64,000 nt of DNA from assembly GCF_009914755.1 (NCBI RefSeq), contig NC_060926.1, one strand, 5' to 3'. The position numbers were made by a program, and so were the translations under genes. Position 1 is the first letter of the stretch. Every line of letters starts with the position of its first letter. This document shows, in pieces, positions 24,131 to 38,233 of this stretch. The stretch comes from the human T2T-CHM13v2.0 reference genome, Homo sapiens. The notes under the pieces were generated by a model. It was not told where the DNA came from. It searched no databases and saw only the letters and a list, made by a program, of their open reading frames with translations.

Positions 24131-25755
24131 CATCCCATGGGGACTTGTTTTCACTTTTTACTTGGTCACTCCACTGACTGGACCCTGTTTAATGAAAACC
24201 AAGACTTTCAGTTTTAATATCTTCATTCAATAGTTTTCATCAACATCTAAAGGTAAAGGTAACAGCACACTGGAGCTGTGTTAACACTGCCTTTGCAGTT
24301 CTGAAATTCTTTATGATTAAACTTTGTGCTAATTATTGTCATGCTTTTTCAACAAGTTATAAAAGTGATCTAAATAAAGCTGTCCAAAGGTAACGAGTAA
24401 ACCCTGTAGCTGAGGAGGTCAAGAAAGAATGACTTCATAAAACCGATAATTCCCTCGGTGGCCTTCAGGTCCACACTCTGTGAAGCAAGATTTTCATCAG
24501 TTTTCTTCACTGCTGTGTCCCACTAGAATAGCGCCTCTTACACTCAATAAATATTCGTTGAACTAATCGCTGATCACACAAAGCATCGGTGGTACTCAAT
24601 GTAAAATAATTCAGGGAAAAATGAAAGGATGAAGAAATGCTTTATTGCTCCTTTGAAAATGTGCTTTTCAATGAAACACAGTTACCACCAGGAGCAGCAT
24701 ACCTTAAATTAAGCCAAACTACAGAGCTTCGAGAGCAACTCTTTGAGATGACAGAACAACATGCCACTGAGGAGACCTGGCCAGACACAGGGCCTCAATA
24801 CTAGGTCCTTTGCTTCACTGGGGTCACAGAATCATGTGAATGCTGCCATTTCCTAGTGGGAACTGGACTCAAAGAAGGTAAAGGCACCAGTGAAAACATC
24901 CCTGGAAAGCTTTCAAAATTTTAAAGTATCTAAAGTATTCAAATAACCTAGAAATTCCTCTAAATTCTAAGAAAACAAACCGATTAACAACTTTAGGGCT
25001 AAGAAGCATCAACAGATAAAAAGGCTGCATGAATCTAAACTGATTGGAGTATTTGTACACCACTCCCATGACTGAGACAAAGATGATTTAACCAAAAACA
25101 GTTTGAGTTCTGCGTCTTTAAGGCTCCACGGATTCTGGCCTTTGGGCAGTAGTAGCAGTAGTAATAATAATAATGAAGTACTTAAAGTATGCTAAGGCTG
25201 ACTAATCCTTGAATCAGACCTGAGGCAGGTCTGCTTTTCCCAGTGAGAAAGCTGAGAATCAGAGGGGTAAAGTAATCTGTCCAAGGCAAAGAGCTCATCA
25301 CCAGGGTCTGTTTAACTCAAAAGACCAAATACCTGACTAAGTCGTGTTCAGGACGAACGGGGCAGAGCCACCAGCATGGTGGTGAGCGCCATGGTCTCCT
25401 GCATTCTAGTTCCAAATCTGGCACCCCTTTCCTGTGTCCCTCAGGTAAGTCTCACACATTCTATCTGTGCCATGTGGAGACTAGCACTCCTGGGGGACCC
25501 TCAAGAGGAAAGGCATGTGTAATGTGGGTTCCAGGATTCTGCTTTTATTGGTTTTACAAACTGGAGTTTTGATTAAGAGTTCATTTCTAAAAGCTTCTAT
25601 GCTTTGGAACTTTGAAAAACACTGTTCCTTTCTAGCCCTAATATTCTGGGAAGCATGTCTTGCATATAGTACTAATTTTTTAACCTGGTTTCACAAGATT
25701 TGGCATATATTTTTTCTCTATTATACAATTATTTTTAAAAAGCTAGCATGGAGGC

Positions 25756-25984
25756 TTATAGATATATCCAACTGTTTCACAGAAGTGAGGATTTGTTTTA
25801 TTAATATATTAATATATTTTATATTAACATCTTTTATATTACTATATCATTAATATATTATATATTTTATAATATAAATATGTTATATATTAATATAATT
25901 ATTTTATAATATATATTATTTATATTATATATTATTAATTTATATAAAACCTCACTTCTGTGAAACACTTGGATATATCTATAA
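25756..25984. repeat. 35-bp inverted repeat (34/35 match) enclosing a 159-bp AT-rich spacer
   Basis: Arms 25756-25790 TTATAGATATATCCAACTGTTTCACAGAAGTGAGG and 25950-25984 CCTCACTTCTGTGAAACACTTGGATATATCTATAA. Confidence 0.95.
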
Positions 25985-26110
25985 TTTATCTGACAAGTCC
26001 CTCCCTGGACATCACAAGCTATAAGCACTACAGTGTTCCTTAATGTGAGAAAACTCAATGATTTTTATAAGGATCTAATTTATAAAGGTGATTCAGATGT
26101 TCCTCATGGC

Positions 26111-26183
<73 letters not shown>
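26111..26183 (+). repeat. Poly(A)-(TA)n compound microsatellite
   Basis: A18 followed by about 27 TA units. Confidence 0.95.
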
Positions 26184-26185
<2 letters not shown>

Positions 26186-27254
26186 GATCATCTCTATTTT
26201 GAAAAGACCATAGCTGGTTAACCCCTTATGGCCTGGCTTTTTTAACACATTACCTTGTGACATGACAATTTGTCCAAAAACGTTTGTGTAGTTCTTGACT
26301 CTTCTGCAGGCTTTGTATAGAGACGGCTGACTGAGCAGAGATGGGACCAATGGGAAATCCCGTTGTCCAGAAACACAGAGTTTTCTGCTACAGAGCTCGA
26401 TGGGCTACACATACTTTTCTGCTAGGTACTCTCTGTTGGTCCAGCTACAAAGTTCTGGCAATGTTCCCATGTTCTGATTCTTTACCTTCCACCACAGCTT
26501 TCAATTTGGCATTGAACTAAGTGACTACTTAGTTTTTCTAGGCTTCGACAAAACAAATTTTACATTCTATTGTCGTTGTTAATTTCTTAAAAGCAAAGGA
26601 AGCTTAGTAAGCATCTATTATTTGTTATGCTAATCATAAAATGATCTTTTCATAGTAAAATAAAAGCAAATGATATGGTTATTCTACTAGACAAAGTCAC
26701 TAATATATGCAGAGCACCTTTGTTGAGCTTCTAAACACATCTCAAGAATCACACGATTTCCCCTTCTCCAAAAACTCATTTCAAAATTTGCCTAATGCTC
26801 CTTTACTGGTCCCTAAAAGAAACTACAGACACCTTTTAATGACATGTATTTGTCTACATTCTTGAGCATGGGAATAGCTACTATGTCAGCATGTCTGTGT
26901 CATTAAGGCCATTAACTTCTTCACAGTATCTGATTTTCTTCAAAACTTTGCTCAGGAATTTTAGCTCAGAGAATTGAATTGCATGCAATAATGTGTATGT
27001 TAAAGGCTCTCTGACTAAACTAAAGGTCATTCTTGCATATAGTGATGATGACCCATGGATTAAAGATCCTGTAAGCACTAAAGAGAATTATTGTGGTTTA
27101 CTGTGGATAACTGAAGTCACTGAAACACTTCAGCTGAAATGTTAAAATGACTTTAAAATAATCATCAACCTCTCAACGAAAGCACCACAACGGTTCTCTT
27201 TTTCTCTCCTATTAACATTAACTCAAAGGAAATTAAAGTTAAAAAGCTACTGCT

Positions 27255-27545
27255 GGCCAGGCACGGTGGCTCACACCTGTAATCCCAGCACTTTGGGAGG
27301 CCAAGACGGGCAGATCACAAGGTCAGGAGTTCGAGACCAGCCTGGCCAACATGGTGAAACCCCATCGCTACTACAAAAACACAAAAATTAGCCAGGCATG
27401 GTGGTGGGAGCCTGTAATCCCAGCTACTCAGGAGGCTGAGGCAGGAGAATCGCTTGAAACCAGAAGGCTGAGGTTGCAGTGAGCTGAGATGGCATCACTG
27501 CACTCCAGCCTGAGCAAAAGAGCGAAACTCCGTCAAAAGAAAAAC
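27255..27545 (+). mobile_element. Alu (AluS-like)
   Basis: Full Alu dimer. Confidence 0.9.
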
Positions 27546-27792
27546 AACCTATTGCCTGCTAAAATGCAAGTTTTAAGTTAAAAATTACAGATAAACTTAG
27601 TAATATTTCACCATGTTAATTCTAACTGCTATGCCACATTTCAACACAGCTATAGGCTAAACTGACCATATTACATGGGTGTAACATAGTCTGTAAATAA
27701 AACAACCAAAGTTAAAATACAAACTGGGTTCTTTTTTTTTTTTTTGAGACGGAGTCTTGCTCTGTCGCCCAGGCTCTAAATGAAGATTTTAA

Positions 27793-28150
<358 letters not shown>

Positions 28151-28883
28151 TAGTAATTTATGAGGTGATTCCCTCTACAAGGTTTTTCTGTTTATTTTTT
28201 GTTTTTTTCTTTTTGTTTTTTTTTTTTTAAAGAAACCTACCTTAAGGTGTTGGCAAAAAATAAATAAATAAATAAATAATTTCTTTTACATGCTGAACGA
28301 TCTTCTGTTTATCTGGAAAATTTATTTTAACAAATATATAGACAAAGAAAAGTATTATAACACTGCACTAAAACTCAGGCTAAGACTTAACTAAATGTAG
28401 ACACCTAGATTGAGTTATTAAAGATGCATTTTTAGTCTACACCATCTAGCTTATGTGTCTTTTTGTAGTCTCAAGGGTGATACTGGATACTTTTCTAAAA
28501 TATTCCACATGTGTAATAGCAACCACAGGCTTAACAAAAACAGTCAAAGGCAAAGCTAGAGCTCACACTGAGGAGCAAATACTACCAACGGAACACCCCT
28601 GACAGCTGATAGAAAAAGCCCTTCCTTATTGAAGAATAAAAAAAAACCCCATCCCATGTATTGAAAAAGGGGAAAAGCAGGAGGAAATAATGGGTGAAGT
28701 TAAACATCCGCTTTTTAATTAATTCAGGAACCATAATTATTAGCATTCAGCTACTCTACACTAGCTGCTCATCACACCACAAACGCAGAGTTAGTGAGCT
28801 GCTATCATCACAATTAAGACAGTCATTACTGAGGCAGAAGCAATGAGATGCCAGCGATCCACACCACAGGACTACTCCATTAC

Positions 28884-28940
28884 CCTCGAGGAGTCTGTGG
28901 GTGAAGAAAGCCCCTCAGCAGCATCCTCCTTGATAACTTC
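28884..28940 (-). CDS. KIDINS220: KIDINS220 cassette exon (~exon 26)
   Basis: gttag|GAAGTT...TCGAGG|gtaatg; 57 nt, phase 0-0; EVIKEDAAEGLSSPTDSSR. Confidence 0.92.
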
Positions 28941-29625
28941 CTAACAACACAAAACAGGAGAGTGTGGGTGAAAAGGGGAAGGGGGGAGCCAAACTGTGAA
29001 GACAAATGAACATGATGGTAAAATAATATACAACACTGAAACTCAACAGTTTATGTTTTTGCCTCCTGATTTATAAAAACATATTAATAGAGAGTTTCTT
29101 TTTTTAAACTATTACTTTTATCATCAGGAACCTCTAATATTTTGGGCACAAATGTCTTTATTAGATTCAATAGTTCATTGGAAGAATTTCCCTTATCTTG
29201 TTTAATTCCTGCCATTTGATTGAAATGTTCTTCCTTCAATACATCCTCTATTTTTTATATCATGGTGCTAATATTTACATACTATAAAGGTACTGTATAC
29301 ACATGTTCTTTAAGAAGATATTAGAAATTACCAAATGTAAAGGCTTAGTTTTAAAAGTTTTGGTAGCAAACACTATATTACAAGCCAGAAATTTCTGGCT
29401 ATAAACAAGTCAACATTTCTTCGCTGAGACTGCTAGTCATTTTCCTTCCATAGATATTTACCAGAAATGAAAATAAATACATTTTATGTTAGTAATAGGT
29501 TGTTTCTTAAAACTATGTTTAAAATCAGTTGCACTCTTTTACTATGTAAAGGAAATAACCAAACCTCAAATGCTATCTATGTTTATTATTAAATTAATAT
29601 TTGCGTTACCCTTTTATATACTTAC

Positions 29626-29739
29626 TAGGCCATTGTTCTGATCTCTGGGCAAACTCGTTTTTACTGATGGACGTGAGATGAGATGTTGGGAGCCGCCAGG
29701 GTAATACCTTGGCGTGTAAAGGTATGGGGCAAAGAATGG
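29626..29739 (-). CDS. KIDINS220: KIDINS220 cassette exon (~exon 25)
   Basis: catag|CCATTC...GGCCTA|gtaagt; 114 nt, phase 0-0; PFFAPYLYTPRYYPGGSQHLISRPSVKTSLPRDQNNGL; too short for the ORF track. Confidence 0.92.
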
Positions 29740-31850
29740 CTATGGAAAAACATGTAACAAAAAAGGGGTAAACAATTACAGAAATGAAAGTGTAATGAGA
29801 TTTTTCAAATGAAACCAATAAGATACAACTCCAAAACTTTAATGCAAATGACAAAACAAAAGAAAAAAAAGCCTCACTCATATTCCATAAGATGCTAAAC
29901 TCAAACTTAAGAAATATTACTTACATTTTTATATTGGTCATTTCATATAAGCTTTTTTCAGAAAAATGAGCAACTAAAGTTTTGCACTTTACAGTTTGAC
30001 ACGAGTTTCTCTCTATATTTAATATGTTTACAAGCTTACCATCTGTCAGGTTCTAAGCAGTTTAACCAATATTAACTCATAATCTTTTTAAAAGAAGCAG
30101 ACTGGAATCTTAATACTATTCCTTACCAATAAAAAAAGATTAGCCTAAATAAGACCAAAAAGTCTGGAATATATGAAAACACCCTGGCACAAATTCCAAG
30201 AATAATGTTATTACAAGTTCCTGGAGTTCACCTCTAGTTTACACCCTAGAGTTTATAACCTAAATAAGCAAGCATATTTTTTTTAAAAAACGTGGGGAAT
30301 CCACTGTTTATGTGAGATTTATAACAATGGCATACATTTGTAACCAGCTTCATATAAACAGAAGATATCAAATTATACAGGCTAAACATAAAGACTGCAG
30401 TTCATAAGGTTTTGTTACACTGAGGTGAAACCTTCCCCACCCTTTTTACTCCTGCCAGCTTAGAGGAATTATTCTGCTTTTAACACTAAAAAATCTCAAA
30501 TAACTACAGCAAAAAGTAGCTAGATTTAAAAACAAGAGAAAACTGTAAATGTTTTTAAAAATGATAAAATACTATTAAAAAGCATGATTACATTATTGTT
30601 ATTCATGAAATTAGTGAACATAGTATTTCAGGCTAGATGGTAAGGTAATCTTTCATTTTTTAAAATAAGCTTCTCAGTTTCAAATTTTCAGTTGGTATCA
30701 ACGGAGCTATTTTATGCAAACTTACACAGCAGATTTTAAGACTGGTAAATAAAAACCTGCATTTCACACTGCCTACCACACAGTTAAATTTTAAAAGATG
30801 GAATACATGATAAAATGCTATTATTCCACCTTTGTCTCCTTGTCCAAATAGAAAAACGGAGTAACATTTCTCGGGACTCTTTAAACAGTACCTAATTACT
30901 TATATGGCCACCATTTTTCAAAAACTGAAAGTTTAAATTCTAGAATCCTTTCTTTGTCACATTTATCCTAAATTCTCTTTCTTCCCAGCTCATATGAGAT
31001 GTATTTACACAGGCAGTTTAGGCACTAGGCTTCTATGACTAACTAGGTCCTATGTTTTCTCGAATTAGACTAAAGAGGGAGATAGCAAAAATAAGAAATT
31101 GCAATGCACCTTAAGAGAACAGTTCCAGAAAGTGTAACCCCAGGTTCATGCTCCATTTTCCTACAGGAAATATTAGTGTTTGAGGTCATTAAAGTGAGAA
31201 TATAGCTTGGGCCTACTAAACTTGACAGGGCCTGAATACCACTGATAATTAGTTGCATTTCATCTTTTCATCTGGGAAATTATCCTATTTATATTAACTA
31301 AAAAATTGTAGATGACTGAAGATAACTTGACATAAGACTCTAAAAATGGGCTACAGTGCTATTATTTGGAAAAACATCTGAGTTCCACAGCAGTACTTTC
31401 CCATTATTATCTCACATTTAAAAGACAAAGGTATATTAAGTATAGGTTTACTAAACTACTATAGGAATTTAAGTTTATCATTGTTTTAAATGCCAATATA
31501 AACTATTATACAAGATATAACAAATAGAACATTTGTTTATAAACAAACAAAAAACAGATTCCTTTGAAGCTAGGACAGTCACTGCTGACCCTGTGGAGTC
31601 CATTTACTTATCAAGAAACTAAATAAAAGAAAAAAAAATCTAATATTCAGACTCTCTTGAGACCTAGAACACATTAAAATTCTAAATTATTTTGATTTCC
31701 AAAAAGTCCTATATTTTACATTCAAACTTTACATTTTTCCTATGCTAAAGCCAAAGTACAGCTTTAAAACCAAAACAGAATCCACAAGCAGAAAACTGAG
31801 GTTTCCCTGTAACAAATTCTTAAAAATAAAGCTGCCTCCAACTTCCTTAC

Positions 31851-32074
31851 CCTGTTGTAGAAGGGATGCTGAGGGCCCGTCATGCCGCTGTAATAGCTGC
31901 TGTGAGGCTGTGGTGACACCACTCCACCTGCGAAGGGCCCATTGAAGGACGTGGAAGAGCACACGGATGGGGGCTGGCTGTACCCTGATGGCGCCCTAGG
32001 AGGACCCTCATGTAGAGGGAGCGGGGGGTACGCCAGTCCTCCAATACTGATCTGCTCTCTGGCAGCACGAACAT
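31851..32074 (-). CDS. KIDINS220: KIDINS220 coding exon (~exon 24), proline-rich region
   Basis: ttcag|ATGTTC...AACAGG|gtaagg; 224 nt; (D)[35 protein letters not shown]...QHPFYNR. Confidence 0.95.
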
Positions 32075-33204
32075 CTGAAAGATTCAATCAGACCCCAGAA
32101 GGCAAGAGAAAACAGGACATTAGGAATCAGTCCAATTATCACATTCTTCTTTAGTTACTAGGCAGAAACATGACTTTATCACTCTTGCCACGGATTCCAA
32201 CTAGATTAAAAAAGAAGACAGAAAATCTTGAAAACTCACAGGCCTTTTAGTGAGAAATGCCCAGCTACTTTGCAAAAAAGCATTTTCACCATTCGAAGTC
32301 ACCAATATCTGGATTCTTCTCTTCAGTTATTGGAACAATTGACTCTTCTCTAACTCTTAAAGGATTTAAGATATTCTAACAATTACTTTTATTCATAACG
32401 TTATCAAGTATTAATAACTCATATTTGTTGGGTATTAACACATATAATGTTAGCAAAGACTGTGGGTTTGCAAATTATGAGACTCATCCACCTCTGAACA
32501 ACAACAAATTCCACAGCCATGTAATACCCTTTGACATCAGCCTTGTAACAGGTACCTAGAAAATAGAATACAGAAGTAGTTTAAGGCGATCTCCTCACAG
32601 TTCCTGGAAAACTCAAAGGCAGGTCAGCAGAGCCATGTCATACAAAAGACTGTTTCAATGAAGGTTTTATGTGTGTGCACGTGCACAGAGTGGTACCTCC
32701 AGAACTTCATTTATTCCAAAGCCTTAATGTCACTACCCTGAAGCTCTAGTCCCCAGATTTAAGTTAATATCTGAAAAGTAATATAAAGATTTTCTTACTT
32801 CTCTGGATAGAGATCCCTGTTAAGAACCAAAGACTGGTGACAAGCAAATTACAATGAATGGATATCATGAAGTCATGACTGTATGTTAAAAGAAATCCAA
32901 TTCCAAAGTTCCAAAGGAAGGACTTGGGTGGGGGCGGGAGGGGTGGGGACAGGGATCATAATAAAGTGAGATCCACAAATACTAACAGGATTTTCTTTTT
33001 TTTTTTTTTTGTTTTTGTTTTTCTTAACATTCTCAAAAGGATGCCAAGACTCCTAATCTTTAATTTCATGAATTTTTCTGTGTAGTGCTTAGTTCAATAC
33101 CTCTTGGTTTTTCATAGAGCAGGAGAAATGTACACAAATAAGTTAGAAACATGAAAAATTCTTAGAACTTTAGATGAAAAATTAAATTTACTACTAATAC
33201 CCAC

Positions 33205-33383
33205 CTGCAATAATTTCCCGTAGTTTGGGATCTAGGTTTACAGTGCATGGCAAAAAGACTTTTACATCTCGAGCCACAAGAACTGGGGTCCTTGAAGACA
33301 AAAACACTTCAAAATTTCTTATATCTCCATCAATTTCAAGAAGTGGCTCAACATCCTTAGTTGTTGGAATATTCTTTGATATT
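33205..33383 (-). CDS. KIDINS220: KIDINS220 coding exon (~exon 23)
   Basis: tgaag|AATATC...TTGCAG|gtgggt; 179 nt; [59 protein letters not shown]; follows a ~19 kb intron with matching phase 2. Confidence 0.95.
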
Positions 33384-33512
33384 CTTCAAATAAGAAATCA
33401 ATGAAAAAGGTTATTAATGTCACTATTAGAAAGGTAAATTCTGCATGTCACCTGAAGTTACTTATACAACAATTACACATCTTGGTCTGATGGATTTGGT
33501 CTAATTACACAT

Positions 33513-33743
33513 CGGCTCACTGCAACCTCTGCCTCCAGGTTCAAGCGATTCTCCTGCCTCAGCCTACCTAGTGGCTGAGGTTACAGGTGTGCACTACCAT
33601 GCCCAGCTAATTTTTGTATTATTAGTAGAGACGGGGTTTCACCATGTTGGCCAGGCTGGTCTCGAACTCCTGATCTAAGTTGATCCACCCACCTCAGTCT
33701 CCCAAAGTGCTGGGATTACAGGTGTGAGCCATCATGCCCAGCC
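33513..33743 (-). mobile_element. Alu lacking its 3' end and tail
   Basis: Starts abruptly at CGGCTCACTGCAACC. Confidence 0.85.
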
Positions 33744-33769
33744 AAAAAATCTATTTTTAATTTTTAGGG

Positions 33770-34055
33770 TTTTTTTTGAGACAGAATCTTGTTCTGCCAC
33801 CCAGGCTGGAGTGCAGTGGTGCAGTCTTGGCTCATTGCAACCTCTGCCTCCCAACTCAAGCTTTCCTCCCACCTCAGCCTCCAGGGTAGCTAAGACTACA
33901 GGCTCATGCCACCATGCCTGGCTAATTTTTGTATTTTTCTATACAGACGAGATTTCGCCATGTTGCCCAGGAGGCTCTTGAACACCTGGGCTCAAGCATT
34001 CCATTCACCTTGGCCTCCCTATTGGGATTACAGGCATGAGCCACCTCATCCAGTC
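33770..34055 (-). mobile_element. Alu (AluJ-like)
   Basis: Reverse-complement Alu dimer. Confidence 0.85.
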
Positions 34056-34879
34056 TAAAAATTTTTTTTTTTAATAAAAGAGAAAGAAACTCAAAAAAGT
34101 AGTATGGTTACAAAAAAAGGTAACAATGAGTACGGCCAGAATTCTACTGCCTTTGGCCATGGCAGGACTTGGGTGGGAAAACAGAAGGAAAGACGCACAT
34201 GCACAGGTGTGTCATATGCTCGGGGTCACCTAAGCTGGCTAAGGGTCACCCCTCAATGAAGATTCATTGAGTTATTGCTTTACAGATGAGGACAGTGGCC
34301 TCAGACAAATTAAACAGATGGCCCAAAGTCACACAACTACGAAAGCAAATCTGACTGGTTCTGAAACCCATGTTTTAAATAGAATACCACAGTTTCTCCT
34401 TTGCAAAGAAAACAAGAAATCAAGAACTTATAAATAAATTACACAGATTAAAAAAAAGCTAAGTTTTTCCTTTTTTAAAAAGGGTTTTGTTTCCTATTGT
34501 AAAAGTAATATATGCTTACTATATATGTATATACGTAAGATAGAAAAACAGACAGGAAAAAACATACTTTAACCAATCAGACACAATACCTCCTAATATA
34601 ATATGTCACTTAGTCTTTTATTATGCAGAATGTTTTGTATAACTGAGTTCAAGCAATATGTAAACAATTCTGTATCATGCAGAGACTCTTGAATGTAAAA
34701 ATAAGTAATATTCAATTAAAAACACTTATTAAACACTACTGTATGAAACTGTAGTTTTTGTAGGTCAAAAATGGTCAAATGTTGACAATTCCTGATCTAA
34801 GGCAGTAAGCAAGAACGCATCACCGAGGGATAAAGGGAAGAAAAAGAAAGAGAAGTTAAAAGACAAGAGGTAGATGAGA

Positions 34880-35320
34880 AAACTAGAAACAAATCAAATG
34901 TCCACTAACAGATGGAAGGATAAATAAATAGTGGTATATCCACACAACGGAATACTACTCAGCCAAAAAAAAAATGAACTACTGATACAAAGAACATGGA
35001 TGAATCTCTCAATAAATTAATCCAACCAATAAAGAGTGTACAGCAATATGTTTTCATTTGTATAAAACTAGAAAATGCAAACCAATCTAAAGTATCAATG
35101 CAGAGCAAGGTTTGCTGTGAAGTTAGGAATGTGAGGCAGGAGGGAGACAAGGGAGGGTATCAAAGGAAGACGTGGAAAATTTTAGAACTGATGGAAACAT
35201 TTACTCTCTTGATTGTGGTAATGACTTTGTGGGTATATACATTTATCAAACTCGTGAGATTGGTCAATTTAAATATGGCAGTTTATTGTATGTCAATTAC
35301 ACCTCCAAAAGTTGTTTAAA
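34880..35320 (+). mobile_element. Old L1 (L1ME/MC-like) 3' end
   Basis: AAACTAGAAACAAATCAAATGTCCA...GTGGTATATCCACACAACGGAATACTACTCAGC...TATGTCAATTACACCTC. Confidence 0.7.
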
Positions 35321-37369
35321 AATCACTGGATATATCCTTCCAATTAAACAAGAATATTAACTGTTAGATTATACTAAGTGAGCACAGTTGCAGAGGAGCA
35401 GTAAGATTTTCACGCCCTTCAAAAAGTGAAATGGGAACCTTATTCTAATGTTAGTAACAGTTATATCATTTCTTTGGGACTAGCACTTTACTGCTCAGAC
35501 CCAATACTTGGCTAGTAGCCAAATATTGAAAGTCATCTAAGGGAAAAACCCAGAGAACACAATTAGCAAACAAGAAGAGAATAGGGTGCTGGGGAGAAAA
35601 TAAGGGTAGCAATTTTATCTTAATTAACTTCAGAAAGTCCGTTTTACAGACACAGACACATGCACAAGACAGAAAAGCCCTCTGAGATGGGGTTACTTTT
35701 AATACATTAAAATCGTGTTCAAACTGATTATTAAATATATTTAAAATGAAATGGAAAACCTGGAGAATGGTTGCAAGTGGTGATAAAATCAGAGCTTAAA
35801 CAGTTAAATAGGTAGTTCATCTATTGCAGGAGTTGAACACAAAATACTAAAAAGAGAAGCTAGAAAGATTTAGATAAAAACACACAGCTGACAAGTCACA
35901 TGAAACAAATTAACTGCATTTTAATGCCAGCTCTGCTTCTGCCTGAATGCAACAGTGTTCTCAGTATGATGAACAATGCTGCTGTTCACAAGCCAACAGG
36001 CTACTGCTGGCTTCCAGATTGAAGTCTCTATTCTAACCTTCTGAGCTCAATACATTAAACTCTTCTGCTGAAAGAGATATTTATGTAAATGATAATCTTT
36101 TGGCAGTGGGCCATCAAAATCATATGTGCCTTTATTTTTCAGATATTTTTCCAAAGGTTAGCATTTAAAGAATTTAAGTAACTTCACTTTTCAGTTAAGA
36201 GTGAATTTGAATTTCCAGCATTATGAATCATGTGAATTAAAGTTGCCAGCAGTTAAATGGCCCAAAGAAAGCATTATAAAACCTCAGGCATCAATGAGCT
36301 CCTAGTAAGTCTAAATGCAATTTCCTTCTATGCTACCAATCTAGCAATACTTGTTAATGCCAACATCAATGTAAGTTAAAAGCATTTTGATTATAAATGA
36401 CAGTGGTTTATACAAAGTCCATATTAATTCCTTGGCAGAAATTGCATAAACTATTCATATCACTTCCATTCAAAATGAGGTTTTAAATTACATAAAAGAT
36501 TTCTATTTTAAATCAAAATATAAACAGATTCTTAGAGCAGAATTTATGAAGAAAGTATTATTTATCACATTTTATCTAAAAGTAGCTGCCTAATAATGTC
36601 ATTATTTAGTAGGATGTTAAAAAATAAGACACAATTTGTTTAAAAATTTAAACAGAGAAAACTCTTAAATGCCTTAGAATTTTATTGCCTTGAAACAAAT
36701 TTAACTTCTAATAGACTCTCAAATACTTTCTACCAGTGAATGTCCATTTATTAAATACCATCCATGAACAGAACACTTTGGAGATTCTGGGAGACAGACA
36801 GAACACACAGACAGAAAACAGCCACTTGGCATTGCAGCCAAAAAGTCAGAAACAAAGAAAAAATGGAGTCCATTTATACACCCACTGCCATCTGTGAAAA
36901 GGCAAAAGCCCTGGATACCTCAGGAGCTGGCTACACCCTTCCATCTTCACCCTGTTAATTCCTACCCATCCTTTGTGCTCGGTGCAATTTCCCCCTCCTC
37001 AGAGAGCATCCTGGAGACCAACTTATGTTCCTTCATTACAAGCCCCCAGAGCATATATACTTTCTTGCATAATATGTATCATAATTCTGCACTAGTGGAA
37101 TTACTTTCTTAATGTTTATCTCCCAATCTAGACTGGAAATTCCATTAAAACTGGGAACAAGTTTAGTTTTTTCCACCACTGTATCTCCAGTGGCCTGCAC
37201 AGAATACTGTCGCAACACTGTTGTCCAATAAATATTTGTAGAAGGAATAAACTACACATGCACACAAAGGTGTTCTTCCTCAAGAACTCTACCCCTTTAA
37301 AATAGAATAATTTTCACCTTAATTGTCCTTTCTGATACTGACAAAACCTTGTGCTTGGGAAAGCATAGG

Positions 37370-38233
37370 TTGATCCATCTGGAGTCAATTTTGTACATGG
37401 TGTGGGGTAGGGGTCCAACTTCATTCTTTTGCATGTGGAAATCTAGTTATCCCAGCCCCACTTGTTGAAGAGTCTGTCCTTTCCCCCATCAAATGGACTT
37501 GGCATCCTTGCCAAAACCCAACTGGACATAGATGTATGGGTTTTTCTTGATTCTCAATTATATTCTATTGCTCTATATGTCCATCCTCATGCCTGTGACA
37601 CATTGTTTTGATTACTGTAGCTTTGTAGTATGTCTGAAATTGAGAGGTGTCAGTCCTCCAACTTTGTTCTTCTTTTTCAAGGTTGCTTGGTTATTTGAGG
37701 TGTCTTGCAATTGCATATGAACTGAAGGATCAGTTTCCTGTTTCTGCAAAACAAGGCTACTGGAATTTTGATAGGTATAATATTGAATCTGTAGATCACT
37801 TCAGGTAGTATTGACATCCTAATATTTAGTCTTCCTACCCATGAGCACAGGATGTCTTCCCACTTATTTAGATCTTCTTTAAATTCTTTTAGCAATTTTT
37901 TTAAGTTGTCAGTGTACAAGTCTTTAACTTTCTTGGTTAAAGTTATTCTGAAATATTTTATTCTTTTAGATGCTACTGTAAAATGAACTGCCTTCTTAAT
38001 TTCCTTTCAGACTGTTCACTGAAGGTGTACAGAAACACAACTGATTTTTGTGTGTTGATCTGTATCCTGCAAACTTTGCTGATTAATTAGCTCTAATAGC
38101 TTTCTGTGGGCTCTTTGGGATTTTTCTATATATAGAAGAATCATCCAATCTGGATTCTTTTATTTATTTTGCCTGTCCAATTGCAATGGCTACAGCTTCT
38201 AGTGCAATGTTGAATAGCAGTGGTGAAAGTGGG
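37370..38233 (-). mobile_element. L1M ORF2 (RT C-terminal) fragment
   Basis: ORF 37677-37919 [45 protein letters not shown] is L1 ORF2; the L1 resumes at ~38607-38685 and ~40216-40490. Confidence 0.9.

Noticed and set aside
26033-26350. ORFs with YIYIYI runs (and CVCVCV at 62248-62487)
   Set aside because: Translations of (TA)n and (TG)n microsatellites.
26881-27078. 65-aa sense ORF as a possible intronic terminal exon
   Set aside because: No convincing pyrimidine-tract/YAG acceptor in frame.
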